Part shown: positions 32,644 through 43,751 of the stretch, in pieces
How positions within the stretch are numbered: the stretch's first letter is position 1
Layout of the letters: the number at the start of each line of letters is the position of its first letter
Origin: a candidate division WOR-3 bacterium
GTDB taxonomy: Bacteria > Hydrothermota > 32-111
Direction of reading: 5' to 3'
Assembly: GCA_037481815.1 (NCBI GenBank)
Contig: JBBFKX010000002.1
Span: 277,920-341,919 of the forward strand
DNA: 64,000 bases
Translations under genes and position numbers: made by a program
Notes under the pieces: generated by a model
Databases searched by the model: none
What the model was told of the DNA's origin: nothing
What the model saw: the letters and a program-made list of their open reading frames with translations, nothing else

Positions 32644-33241
32644 ACTCTATCTCAATAATATTTTTATCATTAAAGGTTTGAGGTTTATAAACTTCCTTTT
32701 TTGATTCGACTTTATATGGATTCTCGTTCTTTCTTATTATAATCTGTTCGTTTTTCAATCCATTTATTTTACCATACTCATTTTCAACTTCAAAATCTTT
32801 ACAATAAAGAATTGAAATTTTTGCAATCGAATCTGTTAGATCAACAAAAAAAGATGAACTATCTGAAAAGATAAATGTATCAAAAATTTTTAACTGAACA
32901 TTTTCTTGATAGGTTTTGAAAAAAAAGTTTCCATAGTTAAGGTTCAACCTAAAAATAGATCGGTCAGATAATTCAAAAATGTTTGTTGAAAATTCACTTT
33001 CCCCGAAGATGGAGATTTCGCTCTTTCCATCAATTAAAACAAAATCTAATAAAGAAAATTTATCAAGAAAAATATTGAAACTATCCTTGATTATATCTCC
33101 TTTTTTTAATGGTTCTTTTTCTTCCTTCTCCATCTGAAAAACATATCCTTTTGAACTTTTAACAACCCCTATTTCTTTTGAAAATAGAAAAAAAACTAAT
33201 AATGTTAGGATAAAAAAAACTATTATTTTTTTGTTTTCCAT
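32597..33241 (-). CDS. FecR-like domain exported protein
   Basis: Signal peptide; IGVVKSSKG...LKKGD...DGKS...LNLNYG...F-x-V pattern typical of FecR beta-rich domains. Confidence 0.6.
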   Translation of the reverse strand: MENKKIIVFFILTLLVFFLFSKEIGVVKSSKGYVFQMEKEEKEPLKKGDIIKDSFNIFLDKFSLLDFVLIDGKSEISIFGESEFSTNIFELSDRSIFRLNLNYGNFFFKTYQENVQLKIFDTFIFSDSSSFFVDLTDSIAKISILYCKDFEVENEYGKINGLKNEQIIIRKNENPYKVESKKEVYKPQTFNDKNIIEIEFENYKNDTIYVYIEN

Positions 33242-33765
33242 CTTATGTTTTTTAGATCGTATAGATTTAATTCTTTTAAATCAACTTCGACTCCATTCAC
33301 CCATACTCTTCCGGTTGGATAAAATCCTGCGATCCCAAAAATTTTAAAAATTAGAGAAAGATATTCATCTTTACTCTGATTTACTTCGTAGAAGATATTA
33401 TCATGACCAGTGTTGAAAAAAAGAATATTGCTTCTTTCTATAACTCCATTCTCATAACTTTCAAGATACCATGCGAAAGATTTTTTGGTTGATAGATAGA
33501 AAAAAGTATCAAGAACAATGTAATTTTTATCCGATACATCAATCTTTAAAAATGGTTTTGAATATATTAAAACATCTTTTCCAATATCATTAAAATCTGT
33601 TATATCTTTTATTATAAGAGAACACAAAGAAGATGAATTAAAAATAAAAAAATGGTTAAATGGTTCACTTTTCTCTTCCGATCCAGGATAGAAAATAGTC
33701 AAATCAGCATAAATAAAGTTCGCTAAAACAAAAAAAATAAATAAAGAAATTTTTTTTCTACTCAT
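33223..33765 (-). CDS. Exported hypothetical protein
   Basis: Signal peptide; overlaps both neighbours in the operon. Confidence 0.6.
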   Translation of the reverse strand: MSRKKISLFIFFVLANFIYADLTIFYPGSEEKSEPFNHFFIFNSSSLCSLIIKDITDFNDIGKDVLIYSKPFLKIDVSDKNYIVLDTFFYLSTKKSFAWYLESYENGVIERSNILFFNTGHDNIFYEVNQSKDEYLSLIFKIFGIAGFYPTGRVWVNGVEVDLKELNLYDLKNIRWKTKK

Positions 33766-34297
33766 TTAGCAGGGACATAAATATTAGATCAACATATTTC
33801 CCATCTTTGAACGAATGTTTCTTAAAAACTCCTTCCCTTTTAAATCCCAATTTTTTATACATTTTTATAGCATTTTTATTAAACTCATAAACCTCAAGAG
33901 AGATCTTATGGAGTTGCAGATTTTTAAAACCATAATCAACAAGTAGTTTTGTAGACTCGGTCCCATATCCTTTATTTTGAAAATCTTTATCAATGGCGAT
34001 TGCAAGCATAGCTCTCCTGTTAGGCCAGTTGAAATCGGATAAACTTATCAATCCCACAGTATCAAAATTTTCTTTTTCAACAATTTTTAAAAATAAACCT
34101 TTTTTTTCTTTGTTTAAAGAAATTATCTCTTTTAACATGATTCTGTTTCTTGGGAACCTTTCGGCAAGGTTTTTTCTCACATCAGGATCGTTTAAAATTT
34201 TTTGAATGGTAAAAAGGTCATCCTCTTCGATCGGAGAGAGTATGACCTTTCTACCTTCTAAAAAGATTACTGGCTGTTCTTTTTTATTTTTTTTCAT
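33758..34297 (-). CDS. GNAT N-acetyltransferase (RimJ/RimL/SpeG-like)
   Basis: FQNKGYGTE, LHKISLEVYEFNKNAIKMYKKLGF. Confidence 0.92.
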   Translation of the reverse strand: MKKNKKEQPVIFLEGRKVILSPIEEDDLFTIQKILNDPDVRKNLAERFPRNRIMLKEIISLNKEKKGLFLKIVEKENFDTVGLISLSDFNWPNRRAMLAIAIDKDFQNKGYGTESTKLLVDYGFKNLQLHKISLEVYEFNKNAIKMYKKLGFKREGVFKKHSFKDGKYVDLIFMSLLNE

Positions 34298-34298
34298 G

Positions 34299-37200
34299 TT
34301 ATCTCAAATTCAAGATTTTAATGTTTTTTTCATAAACAATTTTTCCATTTTTGTTTGATAAAACCTTTATGAAATATATTCCCTGACTTGTGATATAATT
34401 TTCAAGTTCAAACCTGTGGACTCCAGAGTTGATTTTTCCATCATAAACTTTTCCAACACTTCTTCCAGAAAGGTCAAAAATTTCCACTCTCGTATAACAA
34501 TCCTCAGGAATCTCCATAAATAGAATTTTCTCATTTATACTGTTGTTCATCTTCAAGTTGAAATATTTTATGTTCTTATTTTTTAACACGGACATATTAT
34601 CTATATTCGAATATGAAACTATAGAGAATAGATCGGAGTAGTAATAGATTGAACTGTTGGAACTTGATGTCAGTTTCAACATACAACTATCAGAGTACAT
34701 ACCTGATGGAACGGTCCATTCATAGTTTCCGCTATTGTTCTGGTTTGCAATAATCTGGATCCAAGAAACACCTTTATCATAAGAGATCTCAAGATTGTAC
34801 TGTAAAATAGTTCCAAGTGTTGTCCATGTAAAATAGTATTTTTTTGTTGTTTCAAATACATTTCCCAGAACAGGAGAAGTAAATTTTACGATAGGTTTTG
34901 AAATAACAAAAGTATCAGATATTCCATAAATCGTTGATTGAGAGGAATTGGAAATTTTTATTAAAGCCATGTCGGACACAGCTATATCTGGTATTGTCCA
35001 TTCATAATAACCTGTATTTGAAACACCCGATGCTATCGACCTCCATTGCAAACCAAGATCAGTTGAATAGAAGATATCACAGTTTGTAAATGCACCTGAG
35101 TTTCTCCATGTAATATAATATTTTCTTCCTGCAATCATTGTATCAGAAGAACTTGGAGATGTTACCATTATATTTTGTGGTAAAATTGTAAACCTTTCTG
35201 ATACACCATAAACATTGTTGTTACTACTATTCAAAACTTTTATCAAACAGTTATCCGAATCCTCTGTTGGAACAGTCCATTCGTAATAACCATTGTTTGC
35301 AACACCTGTCGCCACATATATCCAGGTTGCTCCATTATCCTTTGAATATTGTATATCAACATTTGATATTGTTCCAGTATATTTCCAGGTAATAAAATAT
35401 TTGTTTCCCGAAACATAATCATCCGTTGATTTTGGAGAGAGAACCTCGATCGTTTGTAAAGGTATAGCGAATTTAGAACTTGTTCCGTACACACTTGTAT
35501 TATCATAGTTGGATACTTTTACAAAGCAGTTTTCAGAAGGTGTATTCGGAATCGTCCATTCATAAGAGTTTGTATTTGAAAGGTTGTCTACCACCATGTT
35601 CCAGCTGGCACCATCATTGTATGAATATTCAATTCTGACTTTCGATACAGTTCCAATATTTGTCCACGTTACAAAATATTTTCTTCCAACAATCCATCTA
35701 TCAGTAGAGATTGGAGAGTTTACAAGAACAAGTTGGGGAACAATCGAGAACACTTCACTGTCATCATATATCGATTCGTTGTTCGAATTTGTTACCCTTA
35801 TAAGAACAAGGTTCGAATTAACATCTGGGACAGTCCATTCATAGTAGCCGTTATTTGTTAAATTGGAAGCAAGAGAAATCCAGTTTGCACCATTATCTAA
35901 AGAATAATAGAGGTTAACAGTGGATACAGTACCAAATGTTTTCCATGTTATTATATATTTTCTACTTACAAAGAATTGTGAATTTAAAGTCGGATATGTT
36001 ATTTCAAGTTTTTGAGGTATAATTCTGAAATTATCAGAAAGATCAAAAACATTAAGGTTTCCAACGTTTCTGATTCTTATCAAACCATTTGAAGTTGAAG
36101 ATAAAGTTGTTGGTAAAGTCCACTCATAATATTTGTTGTTAACTGTTGAACCTGTTATCGTGTTCCAGATCGATCCACCATCGAGTGAGTACTCAAGCAT
36201 AACATTATCAACTGTTCCAGTGTTGTACCATGTTATAGGATAAGTTTTTGATACCATTAAGGAGTCGTTCAACGATGGAGAAAAGAGAACTATGGTTTGA
36301 GGTATTATAGAAAACCTTTCAGAAACATCATACACATTTTCCAGAGATGAATAACTGACTTTAACAAAACAACTATCAGAAATATAATTGGGAACAGTCC
36401 ATTCATAATATCCAGAATTGGTATAAGATGAAACTATCGAATTCCAGCTTGCTCCATTATCTGTAGAATAATAAATGTTTACTTTATCGATAAGACCATC
36501 ATTTTTCCATGTGATGAATATTTTACTTCCAACGATAAACGATGAATTTGGTTTAAACGATGTTATGTTTATCACTGGATATACTGTTACAAATTGATTG
36601 GAAACATCCTGAACAAGAACATTCGCTTTGTTTTTCAACCTGATAAGGGTCTGCAAAGAATTTGAAATCGGGAAAGGATTAAACAGATAATTTTGATTCG
36701 AAGCAACAATTGAATTTGCAAATGTGGTCCAGTTTGAACCGTTATCAAGAGAGTATTCACCAACAAGTGTATCAATGCCACCTGTATAATCCCATGTAAG
36801 ATAGAAAGGTGAAAGTGATAAAATTGTATCATTTATATTCGGATATGTTATGTTTATCGATTGTTCCTTCATCACAAACTGGTTAGAATACCCTTCAATA
36901 ACCGGTGACTCATAACCTGTTACTTTAATAAGACAGTTCGTTGCTCCAACCTCAGGAACCTTCCACTTAAAATATTTTTGAGTAGCACTAATGGTATCTA
37001 TTATTGTATAGGTTGTTCCTCCATTCTTAGAATAAGAAATAACAACACTATCACCACTACCCATATTTGAATACCATGTTATATAATAGTTTTTACCACA
37101 GAGTAAAGTATCCGATAACTTTGGTGAAACAACAGTTACCGATGGGTACTTCATTGTGAAAATAGGAGAAACTCCAAAAACAGAAGTATTTGAACTGTTC

Positions 37201-40200
37201 TTTACCCTTACAAGAGAATTTGAAGAAGAAATGTTCGGTAGAGTCCAGAGATAATATTTTGAGTTCGTTGTTGTAGTGATCGTCTGCCATGTGGATCCAC
37301 CATTTGTTGAATACTCAAGATCAACATTCGAAAAACTGCCAGTATAGTTCCATGTTATGTAATATTTTCTACCAGCAACCCATTCTGAACCTGAAATAGG
37401 TGAAGTAACATTTATTGTTTGAGGAATTATTGAAAATCTTTCACTTGTTGCTGTTGATGATGTTAACCTTAAACAGGTTATCCTTATATAACAATTTGAA
37501 CTTATAACATTTGGAACAGTCCATTCAAGATATTGTGTTGAAGATGGAATCGTATCGATCTGTGTCCATATTGTTCCACCATCAGTTGAGTATGAAACTA
37601 TAACCGAATCGTTTGATGAACCCAAAAAATCAAAAGTAATCAGTGCCTTTTCTCCTACTATGTATTCATCATTCAATTTCGGTGAAGTTATCGTTATGAT
37701 TTTATCAGAAATTGTAAATAATTCAGAGACTCCAAGAATTGAGGTATTATCTTTGTTAACTATTCGTATAAGAGTTGAATCACTCTTTACATTTGGAGTT
37801 GTCCAGAGATAATATCTGTTAGATGATAAAGTTTTTCCAAGAGTGTTCCATGTTGTTCCATTATTTGTAGAATATTCCACTATTGATGAATCATAAAGTC
37901 CTTTGTAAGTCCATGTAATATTGTACTGTTTCCCGGAAATTAAACTTTCAGTTGAGAAAGGATATTTAACCGTTATCTCCTGTGGGATTATTTTGAACAG
38001 AGATGAAAGATCATATTTTGTTGTATCATCAACATTTGCAACTTTTATTAAAACTGAATCCGAATAATTTTGAGGTAATGTCCAGAGATAACTCTGAGAG
38101 TTTGTCGTTGAATTTGTTATCACATTCCAGTTCTTACCATTGTCAAGAGAGTATGTTATCTTAACATTTGAAAAGTTACCTGTATAGTCCCATGTGATAT
38201 AATATTTGTTTCCGGCATACCATACGGTTGAAATATCAGGATATGTGACCAAGATGTTCTGAGGAATTATAGTAAATGTATCCGATACATCAAATACATT
38301 GCTGTTCCTTGTGAATTCTACTTTTACAAGTGCTTTATCGGAAGAATAATTTGGAACTGTCCATTTGTAGGAATTGGAATTTCCCTGTTTGGTAACAAAA
38401 GTCCAGTTCGAACCACCGTCTATCGAATAGTAGATGTTTACAGAATCAACTCCACCAAGGTTATACCAACTTATATGATAGTCTCTTCCTGCTATAAAGG
38501 TATCATTTGTTAAAGGCGAGGTAATAAAAATTTCTTGCGGTTTTATTACAAAACTCTGCGAATATGCAGTTACCTGATTATCTCCATATTCTTCTATCCT
38601 TATTAAAGCATTTGATGTTGGTTCATTTGGAATTGTCCATAGATATGAACCTGTATCAGGAACCTGACTTTTTACTTCCTTCCAAGTTATTCCATCTGTA
38701 TTATAATAGATTTGAACTGAACCGGGTTGACCTTTTATCGTTCTCCAAATTATATTATGTGCTCTTCCAACATAAAGTGTATCAGTATTATCAGGGTATA
38801 CAACTTCAAGAATAGATTTTTTTACTACAAGATTATTCTTCTCTAAAGTCTTTCTTAATGAATCTGATGAATCATAAAACTCCAACTTTATATTAAAATT
38901 GTTTGAAGAAGCATTATGAGGTATTTTGAACAGTAAATAATTTTGATTTGATATTCTTTCTCCATATTGTAAATAGTTAACACCATCTGTAGAATAAAGA
39001 AGTTCAACAGAATAATTTGAATATATTGAATCCATGTTCCAGACAATATAATAAAATTCATCAACATACATCGTATCATTTTGATTTGGGAAAATAATTT
39101 TATCAATTGTACTATAGGGTAAAACTGTAATTTTATCAGAAATATCAAAAGTATCACCTGTTGTTTTATCTAAAACCAATATTTCTATCGTATCTGATAA
39201 GGAATCCGTAAAAGTATCTTTAAAGAAGAAAACATCGTTAATTAAAAAACTTCCAAGATTGATAATTCCTTTTTTATTTGAATTGATTTGAATTATAATT
39301 GAATCATTCAAAAATCCTCTATTAGATAAATAGATTGGGAAATAGTTATTATAATAAATAGTATCACTACTATCCGGTTGATCAATGTTTAAAACAGGAT
39401 AATTTGCTGAAAAATTGTTATCAGATTCATCATAGGCATAGTTATCTTTATTTGACATAACTTTGAACTTATACGTATTGAAAGGATAAGATGGCATCCT
39501 CCATAGATATGATCCTGTGTTTTTCACCGTTGTCAGAGAGTTATAGTTTATTCCACCATCAAATGAATAGAATAAAGAAACTGAATCAGGACCTCCGATC
39601 CAGTCCCAATTAATTTCAAGTTTTTCACCACGATAGAATGATTCTCCACCATTCGGTTGAACGATATCATATATTGGTCTTACTATCGAAAAAACCTTTG
39701 AAAGAGAATATACAGAATCATTCGCGGTACTTGTAACTTTTATCCAACAACTATCACTTACATAATTTGGAACTGTAAAAATAAAACTTCCAGTATTCAT
39801 GGTTGCTGTTGAGATGAATGTACTTTGAACAATTCCTGAAACTTTATAATACAATTCTATGATCACACTATCAACAGTTCCAGTCCAGTTCCAGTAAATT
39901 GGATATTTGTTCCCAACGATCAACACTGCTGCTGAATCGGGATTGAATATTGAAACTGTAGGTTTTAAGATTGAGAATTTGTTATCACTTATGTCATAGG
40001 AAAGATTATCAGAGGTATTCGTTATTCTAACTATACAGTTGTTTGAAACATCGTTTGGAACTTTCCAGATATAATTTCCATCATTTGTTTCTGAAGATGA
40101 AATCGTTTTCCAGATTGTTCCTCCATCGGTTGAATACTCTATTTTAACATTTGAAAATTGTCCATCATTTTCCCAGTGAATTGGAGTATATTCTCCAACA

Positions 40201-43200
40201 GTAAGATTTTCAAAGCCATTTGGAGTCAACACTTTTATTGTCGGTCTTTTTATAGAGATCAAACCATCCGATACATCCTTTGTTAAAGAATCGGTTGTGC
40301 TTGTCACTTTCAACTTTATCGAATCTGAAACAACAAGCGAAGGTATCGACCATCTGTAATATCCATTATTTGTAGTTGAAGAAATAATAGTATTCCATGT
40401 ATTCCCGTTGTTTGTAGAGTATTCAATCTTTACATTGGAAACATTCCCATTATTCTTCCAATGGATAGGTAATATATTCCCAGAAATAAAACTCTCACCT
40501 CCATTTGGTGAAAGTATCGTTAGAGTTGGTGATACTATTGAAAAATTGTTATCAGAAATATCCTGAGTGTTTCCATCAGTTGTACTTGTTATTCTAACCT
40601 TTACATTTGAAGAGACAACAGAAGGGACTGTCCAGTTGAATACACCATCGTTTGGGTCGGAGGGGTCAATTGAAATCCAGTTTATTCCATCTGTTGAGTA
40701 TTCTATCATAACATTTGCAAAAGTTCCCTGACTTCTCCATCTGATTGGATAAATCTCGCCACCAACCAAACTCTCCCCTCCATTTGGAGAGACGATTGTG
40801 AGTGAAGGAGAAACTACTGAAAAAACTCCATTGGAAACATCAAAAGTGTTTATTGGATCCTGATTGTTTGAAACTCTAAAAAGAACATTTGAACTGACTG
40901 CTGTTGATGGAACAGCCCATATAAAAGAACCATCATTTAAAGTATCAGAATTAATAATTTTGTTCCATGTCGATCCACCATCGGTTGAGTATTCAAGTTT
41001 TACATAAGAAAAACTACCGATCCAATTCCATTCAATCGGGAAATATTCACCTGCAATTATAGTTTCTCCGCCATTTGGTGAAACAAGCGTAATTTGTGCA
41101 GGGATAATTGAAAACTGCGAACTCACAGCATAATTAGATGGATCAGAAACATCCGAAACTTTTATCAAAACATTTGAACTTATTGTTGAAGGTGTTGTCC
41201 AGAAGTATGAACCTTCATTTACAGTTGAACTGACTATGACATTCCAGGTAGAGCCATTATCGGTAGAATATTCTATCTTCACATTTGAGATCTCCCCATT
41301 ATTGATCCATTCTATTTGATATACATTTCCTACCAAAAGTGAATCGTTTGATTTTGGTGATTTAACAGTTATCGTTGGCTTGGAAATTGAGAATTTTTTT
41401 GAAACAGCAAAGGAGTTTAAAGTATCAGAAAGATTCAAAACTTTTATGAAGCAATCATTTGAATTTAAGTTAGGGATGGTCCAGATATAAGTGCCAGTAT
41501 TTGAATCACTATTAGTAATAACATTCCATGTCAATCCATTATCCGAAGAATATTCAATTTTTATATTTGGGAAATATGTATCATAAGTGTAATTTATTGA
41601 AACTTTTTCTCCAGACAGAAATGAAACACCAGAATCGGGAGAAATGATTTTTATAGATGGTGAAGAAATTGTAAATGTGTTATCAGAGATATCAAAAGAA
41701 TTGTTATCAGAACTGTTTCTTACTCTCACCTTATAATTTGTTGATGGTGTCAAAGTTGAAGGTATATTCCAGATATAGGAACCATCATTTGTTTCCGATG
41801 AAATTATCGAGTTCCATGTTGTTCCACCATCAGAAGAATAATCTATATTCACAGATGAAAAATCACTGTCACTGTTCCATAAAATAGGATATTTTTCTCC
41901 AGTTTTATATGCTTCTCCACCGTTGGGAGATAAAAGATTTATCTGAGGTGATTTTACCACAAAAGTTGTATCACTTATATCATATGATGTCACATCCGAA
42001 GAGTTTGTGATTTTTAAAAGATAACTTGAAGATGTTGTTGATGGAACAGTCCAGACATAACTTCCATCATTTGGAGTGCTTGTTACAATAGTGTTCCATG
42101 TTGCTCCGTTGTTGGTTGAATATTCAATGTTAACATTTGAAATGGTTCCCTCTGTTTGCCAGACAATCGGATACTTATTTGAAGCTATCAGTGTATCATT
42201 TCCATTGATTTTGAGTATCTTTATTTCAGGTCTCTTTATAGTGAAAGAAAAATTGGATATATCAAACACCGAAGAGTTTGCAGCATCAGAAATTTTTAGA
42301 AGACATTGAGAAGACGGTGTTAAAGGAACTGTCCAGACAAAAGAACCATCGTTTGGATCTGACGCATCTATCGTTGACCAACTTGAACCATTATTGGTGG
42401 AATATTCTATCTTTACATTAGCAAAAGATCCACTCCAATTCCAGTTTACAGGATATTTTTCTCCAACTATCAACTGTTCACCACCATTCGGATAAGTTAT
42501 ATCTATCTGTGCTGTTACTATACTTGATTGTGAATTTGAGATATCATAGCAGTTCACATCGTTAACATTTGTTATTCTTATCAAAAGGTTTGTTGTTGAA
42601 ATGTTTGGAACAGTCCATAAATAACTACCATCACATGCGGTAGATGTTATGATAGAGTTCCAGTTCACTCCACCATCAGAAGAATATTCCAACTTAACAT
42701 TAGCGATAGAACCTTCCCAATCCCAACTTATGTTCGCCTTTGTACCTGCCACAAAAGTTTCTCCTCCATTCGGTGTTAAAAGGGTAAGGGAAGTTGAAAG
42801 TATTGAAAAAGTATAATCGGATATATCATAAACAGCTGGATTTGACACATTCGTAATCTTTAACAAACATTTAGATGATGGATTTATCGAAGGTATCAAC
42901 CAGTTATGACTCCCATCATTTGTGGTTGAAGTTGTTATACTGTTCCAGATGTTTCCAGAATCAGCAGAATATTCAAGTTTAACACTTGTAAAAGATCCAC
43001 TCCAGAGCCAGTATATCGGATAATATTTTCCTGTAATGTATTGCTCTCCACCATTTGGAGTGATCAAAGTTAAACTATTGTTTGCAATGGTAAAAGTATT
43101 TTCTGTTACAGCAAAAGAATTTGGATCTGTAGTGTTGGTTACTCTTATTTTACACTGATTTGAAGGAAAGTTTGGAACACTCCAAATGTATTCTCCATCG

Positions 43201-43700
43201 TTTGGAGTAGAACTTGTGATAACCGTCCAGTTTGTTCCTCCATCTGTTGTGTATTCAAGTTTGACATTCGCAAAAACTCCTGTCCAATCCCAATGAATCG
43301 GATAATTTTCTCCAATAATAAGAATATCGTTCTGAACTGGTTTTTTAATAAATATTTCAGGCCTTGATATTACAAAGAAAGTATCACTGACATCAAAGTC
43401 GTTTGGATCGGATGGATTTGAAATTCTTATTTTACATGTAAGTGATGGATTATTTGGAACGGTCCAGAGATAATCTCCATCGTTTTGTGTTGAACTGTAT
43501 ATCAGAACCCAGTTTGTACCACCATCAATTGAATACTCCAACCTTGCTGATGTTGCATTACCTGTGATATCCCAATGTATAGGCATCTGATTTCCGACTA
43601 TATAATTTTCATTTCCATTTGGAGTTCTTAAATTAAAGGATGCGGAAAATATTGAAATTGAGAATAAAAATAAAAATATTAATAGAAAAATTTTTCTCAT
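34299..43700 (-). CDS. Giant surface protein: 32 tandem ~94-aa Ig-like repeats plus T9SS-type CTD
   Basis: Signal peptide; repeat consensus I-x-x-P-(NGGE)...I-x-W...V-x-I-E-Y-S-x-D-x-G-x-x-W...N-x-G-x-Y-x-W-x-V-P...S-D-x-F-x-I, counted 32 times by hand; CTD IFDLSGR...QGIYFIKV. Confidence 0.9.
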   Translation of the reverse strand: MRKIFLLIFLFLFSISIFSASFNLRTPNGNENYIVGNQMPIHWDITGNATSARLEYSIDGGTNWVLIYSSTQNDGDYLWTVPNNPSLTCKIRISNPSDPNDFDVSDTFFVISRPEIFIKKPVQNDILIIGENYPIHWDWTGVFANVKLEYTTDGGTNWTVITSSTPNDGEYIWSVPNFPSNQCKIRVTNTTDPNSFAVTENTFTIANNSLTLITPNGGEQYITGKYYPIYWLWSGSFTSVKLEYSADSGNIWNSITTSTTNDGSHNWLIPSINPSSKCLLKITNVSNPAVYDISDYTFSILSTSLTLLTPNGGETFVAGTKANISWDWEGSIANVKLEYSSDGGVNWNSIITSTACDGSYLWTVPNISTTNLLIRITNVNDVNCYDISNSQSSIVTAQIDITYPNGGEQLIVGEKYPVNWNWSGSFANVKIEYSTNNGSSWSTIDASDPNDGSFVWTVPLTPSSQCLLKISDAANSSVFDISNFSFTIKRPEIKILKINGNDTLIASNKYPIVWQTEGTISNVNIEYSTNNGATWNTIVTSTPNDGSYVWTVPSTTSSSYLLKITNSSDVTSYDISDTTFVVKSPQINLLSPNGGEAYKTGEKYPILWNSDSDFSSVNIDYSSDGGTTWNSIISSETNDGSYIWNIPSTLTPSTNYKVRVRNSSDNNSFDISDNTFTISSPSIKIISPDSGVSFLSGEKVSINYTYDTYFPNIKIEYSSDNGLTWNVITNSDSNTGTYIWTIPNLNSNDCFIKVLNLSDTLNSFAVSKKFSISKPTITVKSPKSNDSLLVGNVYQIEWINNGEISNVKIEYSTDNGSTWNVIVSSTVNEGSYFWTTPSTISSNVLIKVSDVSDPSNYAVSSQFSIIPAQITLVSPNGGETIIAGEYFPIEWNWIGSFSYVKLEYSTDGGSTWNKIINSDTLNDGSFIWAVPSTAVSSNVLFRVSNNQDPINTFDVSNGVFSVVSPSLTIVSPNGGESLVGGEIYPIRWRSQGTFANVMIEYSTDGINWISIDPSDPNDGVFNWTVPSVVSSNVKVRITSTTDGNTQDISDNNFSIVSPTLTILSPNGGESFISGNILPIHWKNNGNVSNVKIEYSTNNGNTWNTIISSTTNNGYYRWSIPSLVVSDSIKLKVTSTTDSLTKDVSDGLISIKRPTIKVLTPNGFENLTVGEYTPIHWENDGQFSNVKIEYSTDGGTIWKTISSSETNDGNYIWKVPNDVSNNCIVRITNTSDNLSYDISDNKFSILKPTVSIFNPDSAAVLIVGNKYPIYWNWTGTVDSVIIELYYKVSGIVQSTFISTATMNTGSFIFTVPNYVSDSCWIKVTSTANDSVYSLSKVFSIVRPIYDIVQPNGGESFYRGEKLEINWDWIGGPDSVSLFYSFDGGINYNSLTTVKNTGSYLWRMPSYPFNTYKFKVMSNKDNYAYDESDNNFSANYPVLNIDQPDSSDTIYYNNYFPIYLSNRGFLNDSIIIQINSNKKGIINLGSFLINDVFFFKDTFTDSLSDTIEILVLDKTTGDTFDISDKITVLPYSTIDKIIFPNQNDTMYVDEFYYIVWNMDSIYSNYSVELLYSTDGVNYLQYGERISNQNYLLFKIPHNASSNNFNIKLEFYDSSDSLRKTLEKNNLVVKKSILEVVYPDNTDTLYVGRAHNIIWRTIKGQPGSVQIYYNTDGITWKEVKSQVPDTGSYLWTIPNEPTSNALIRIEEYGDNQVTAYSQSFVIKPQEIFITSPLTNDTFIAGRDYHISWYNLGGVDSVNIYYSIDGGSNWTFVTKQGNSNSYKWTVPNYSSDKALVKVEFTRNSNVFDVSDTFTIIPQNILVTYPDISTVWYAGNKYYITWDYTGNFSNVKITYSLDNGKNWNVITNSTTNSQSYLWTLPQNYSDSVLIKVANVDDTTKYDLSSLFKIIPQEITVKYPFSTESLISGKQYNITWTYKGLYDSSIVEYSTNNGTTWNTLGKTLSSNRYYLWTTPNVKSDSTLIRIVNKDNTSILGVSELFTISDKIITITSPKLNDEYIVGEKALITFDFLGSSNDSVIVSYSTDGGTIWTQIDTIPSSTQYLEWTVPNVISSNCYIRITCLRLTSSTATSERFSIIPQTINVTSPISGSEWVAGRKYYITWNYTGSFSNVDLEYSTNGGSTWQTITTTTNSKYYLWTLPNISSSNSLVRVKNSSNTSVFGVSPIFTMKYPSVTVVSPKLSDTLLCGKNYYITWYSNMGSGDSVVISYSKNGGTTYTIIDTISATQKYFKWKVPEVGATNCLIKVTGYESPVIEGYSNQFVMKEQSINITYPNINDTILSLSPFYLTWDYTGGIDTLVGEYSLDNGSNWTTFANSIVASNQNYLFNPFPISNSLQTLIRLKNKANVLVQDVSNQFVTVYPVINITSFKPNSSFIVGSKIFITWKNDGLIDKVNIYYSTDNGASWNSIVSSYTNSGYYEWTVPNYISDSCFVKVSYSSLENVYDVSERFSIIPQTIVLFSPSLNDSLMVSKTYPITWYNTGTVDNVMLEYSLDGGSIWNTITGSTVNNKYYEWTLPTTLSSTSNGLIRIRNVGNLNVFDLSDNFRIIPQKLEITYPTLNSQFFVSRKYIITWKTFGTVSTVNLYYSLDNGANWISLASNLTNNGYYEWTVPDVNSNLVLIRVTNSNNESIYDDSEVFSIVPQLVLVNSPISTDRWIVGRKYFVTWTNIGTVSKVRIEYSYNDGASWNMVVDNLSNTNSYEWTIPNTPSENCFVKVSNYDNTSVYGTSSKFAIPLQTIEVLSPKSTDDYVSGNKYFITWKYTGTISNVDIQYSKDNGATWIYVATGVANNGYYEWTVPTEDSDNCLIKVLNSSNNNVYGVSERFTILPQNIMVTSPSSSDTMIAGRKYYITWRNSGAFTNCDIFYSTDLGLQWRSIASGVSNTGYYEWTIPDIAVSDMALIKISNSSQSTIYGISDTFVISKPIVKFTSPVLGNVFETTKKYYFTWTTLGTILQYNLEISYDKGVSWIQIIANQNNSGNYEWTVPSGMYSDSCMLKLTSSSNSSIYYYSDLFSIVSYSNIDNMSVLKNKNIKYFNLKMNNSINEKILFMEIPEDCYTRVEIFDLSGRSVGKVYDGKINSGVHRFELENYITSQGIYFIKVLSNKNGKIVYEKNIKILNLR

Positions 43701-43722
43701 TGAGACCTCCTCTTAGAAAATA

Positions 43723-43751
43723 ATTTTATCTTTCAAATCAATAACAGTCAA
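43723..43751 (-). promoter_or_regulatory. Sigma70 promoter of the giant-protein operon
   Basis: TTGACT-17-TAAAAT, then SD GGAGG; the -35 overlaps the upstream TGA. Confidence 0.7.

Noticed and set aside
34299-43700. Recurrent DNA words (e.g. GTCCATTCATA) as a CRISPR, DGR or recombination cassette
   Set aside because: They follow the ~280-bp protein repeat period inside one ORF and are diverged; no cas, RT or recombinase gene is nearby.
34299-43700. Sialidase or BNR propeller call from the SxDxGxxW boxes
   Set aside because: One box per ~94-aa sandwich-like unit and no sialidase catalytic motifs.
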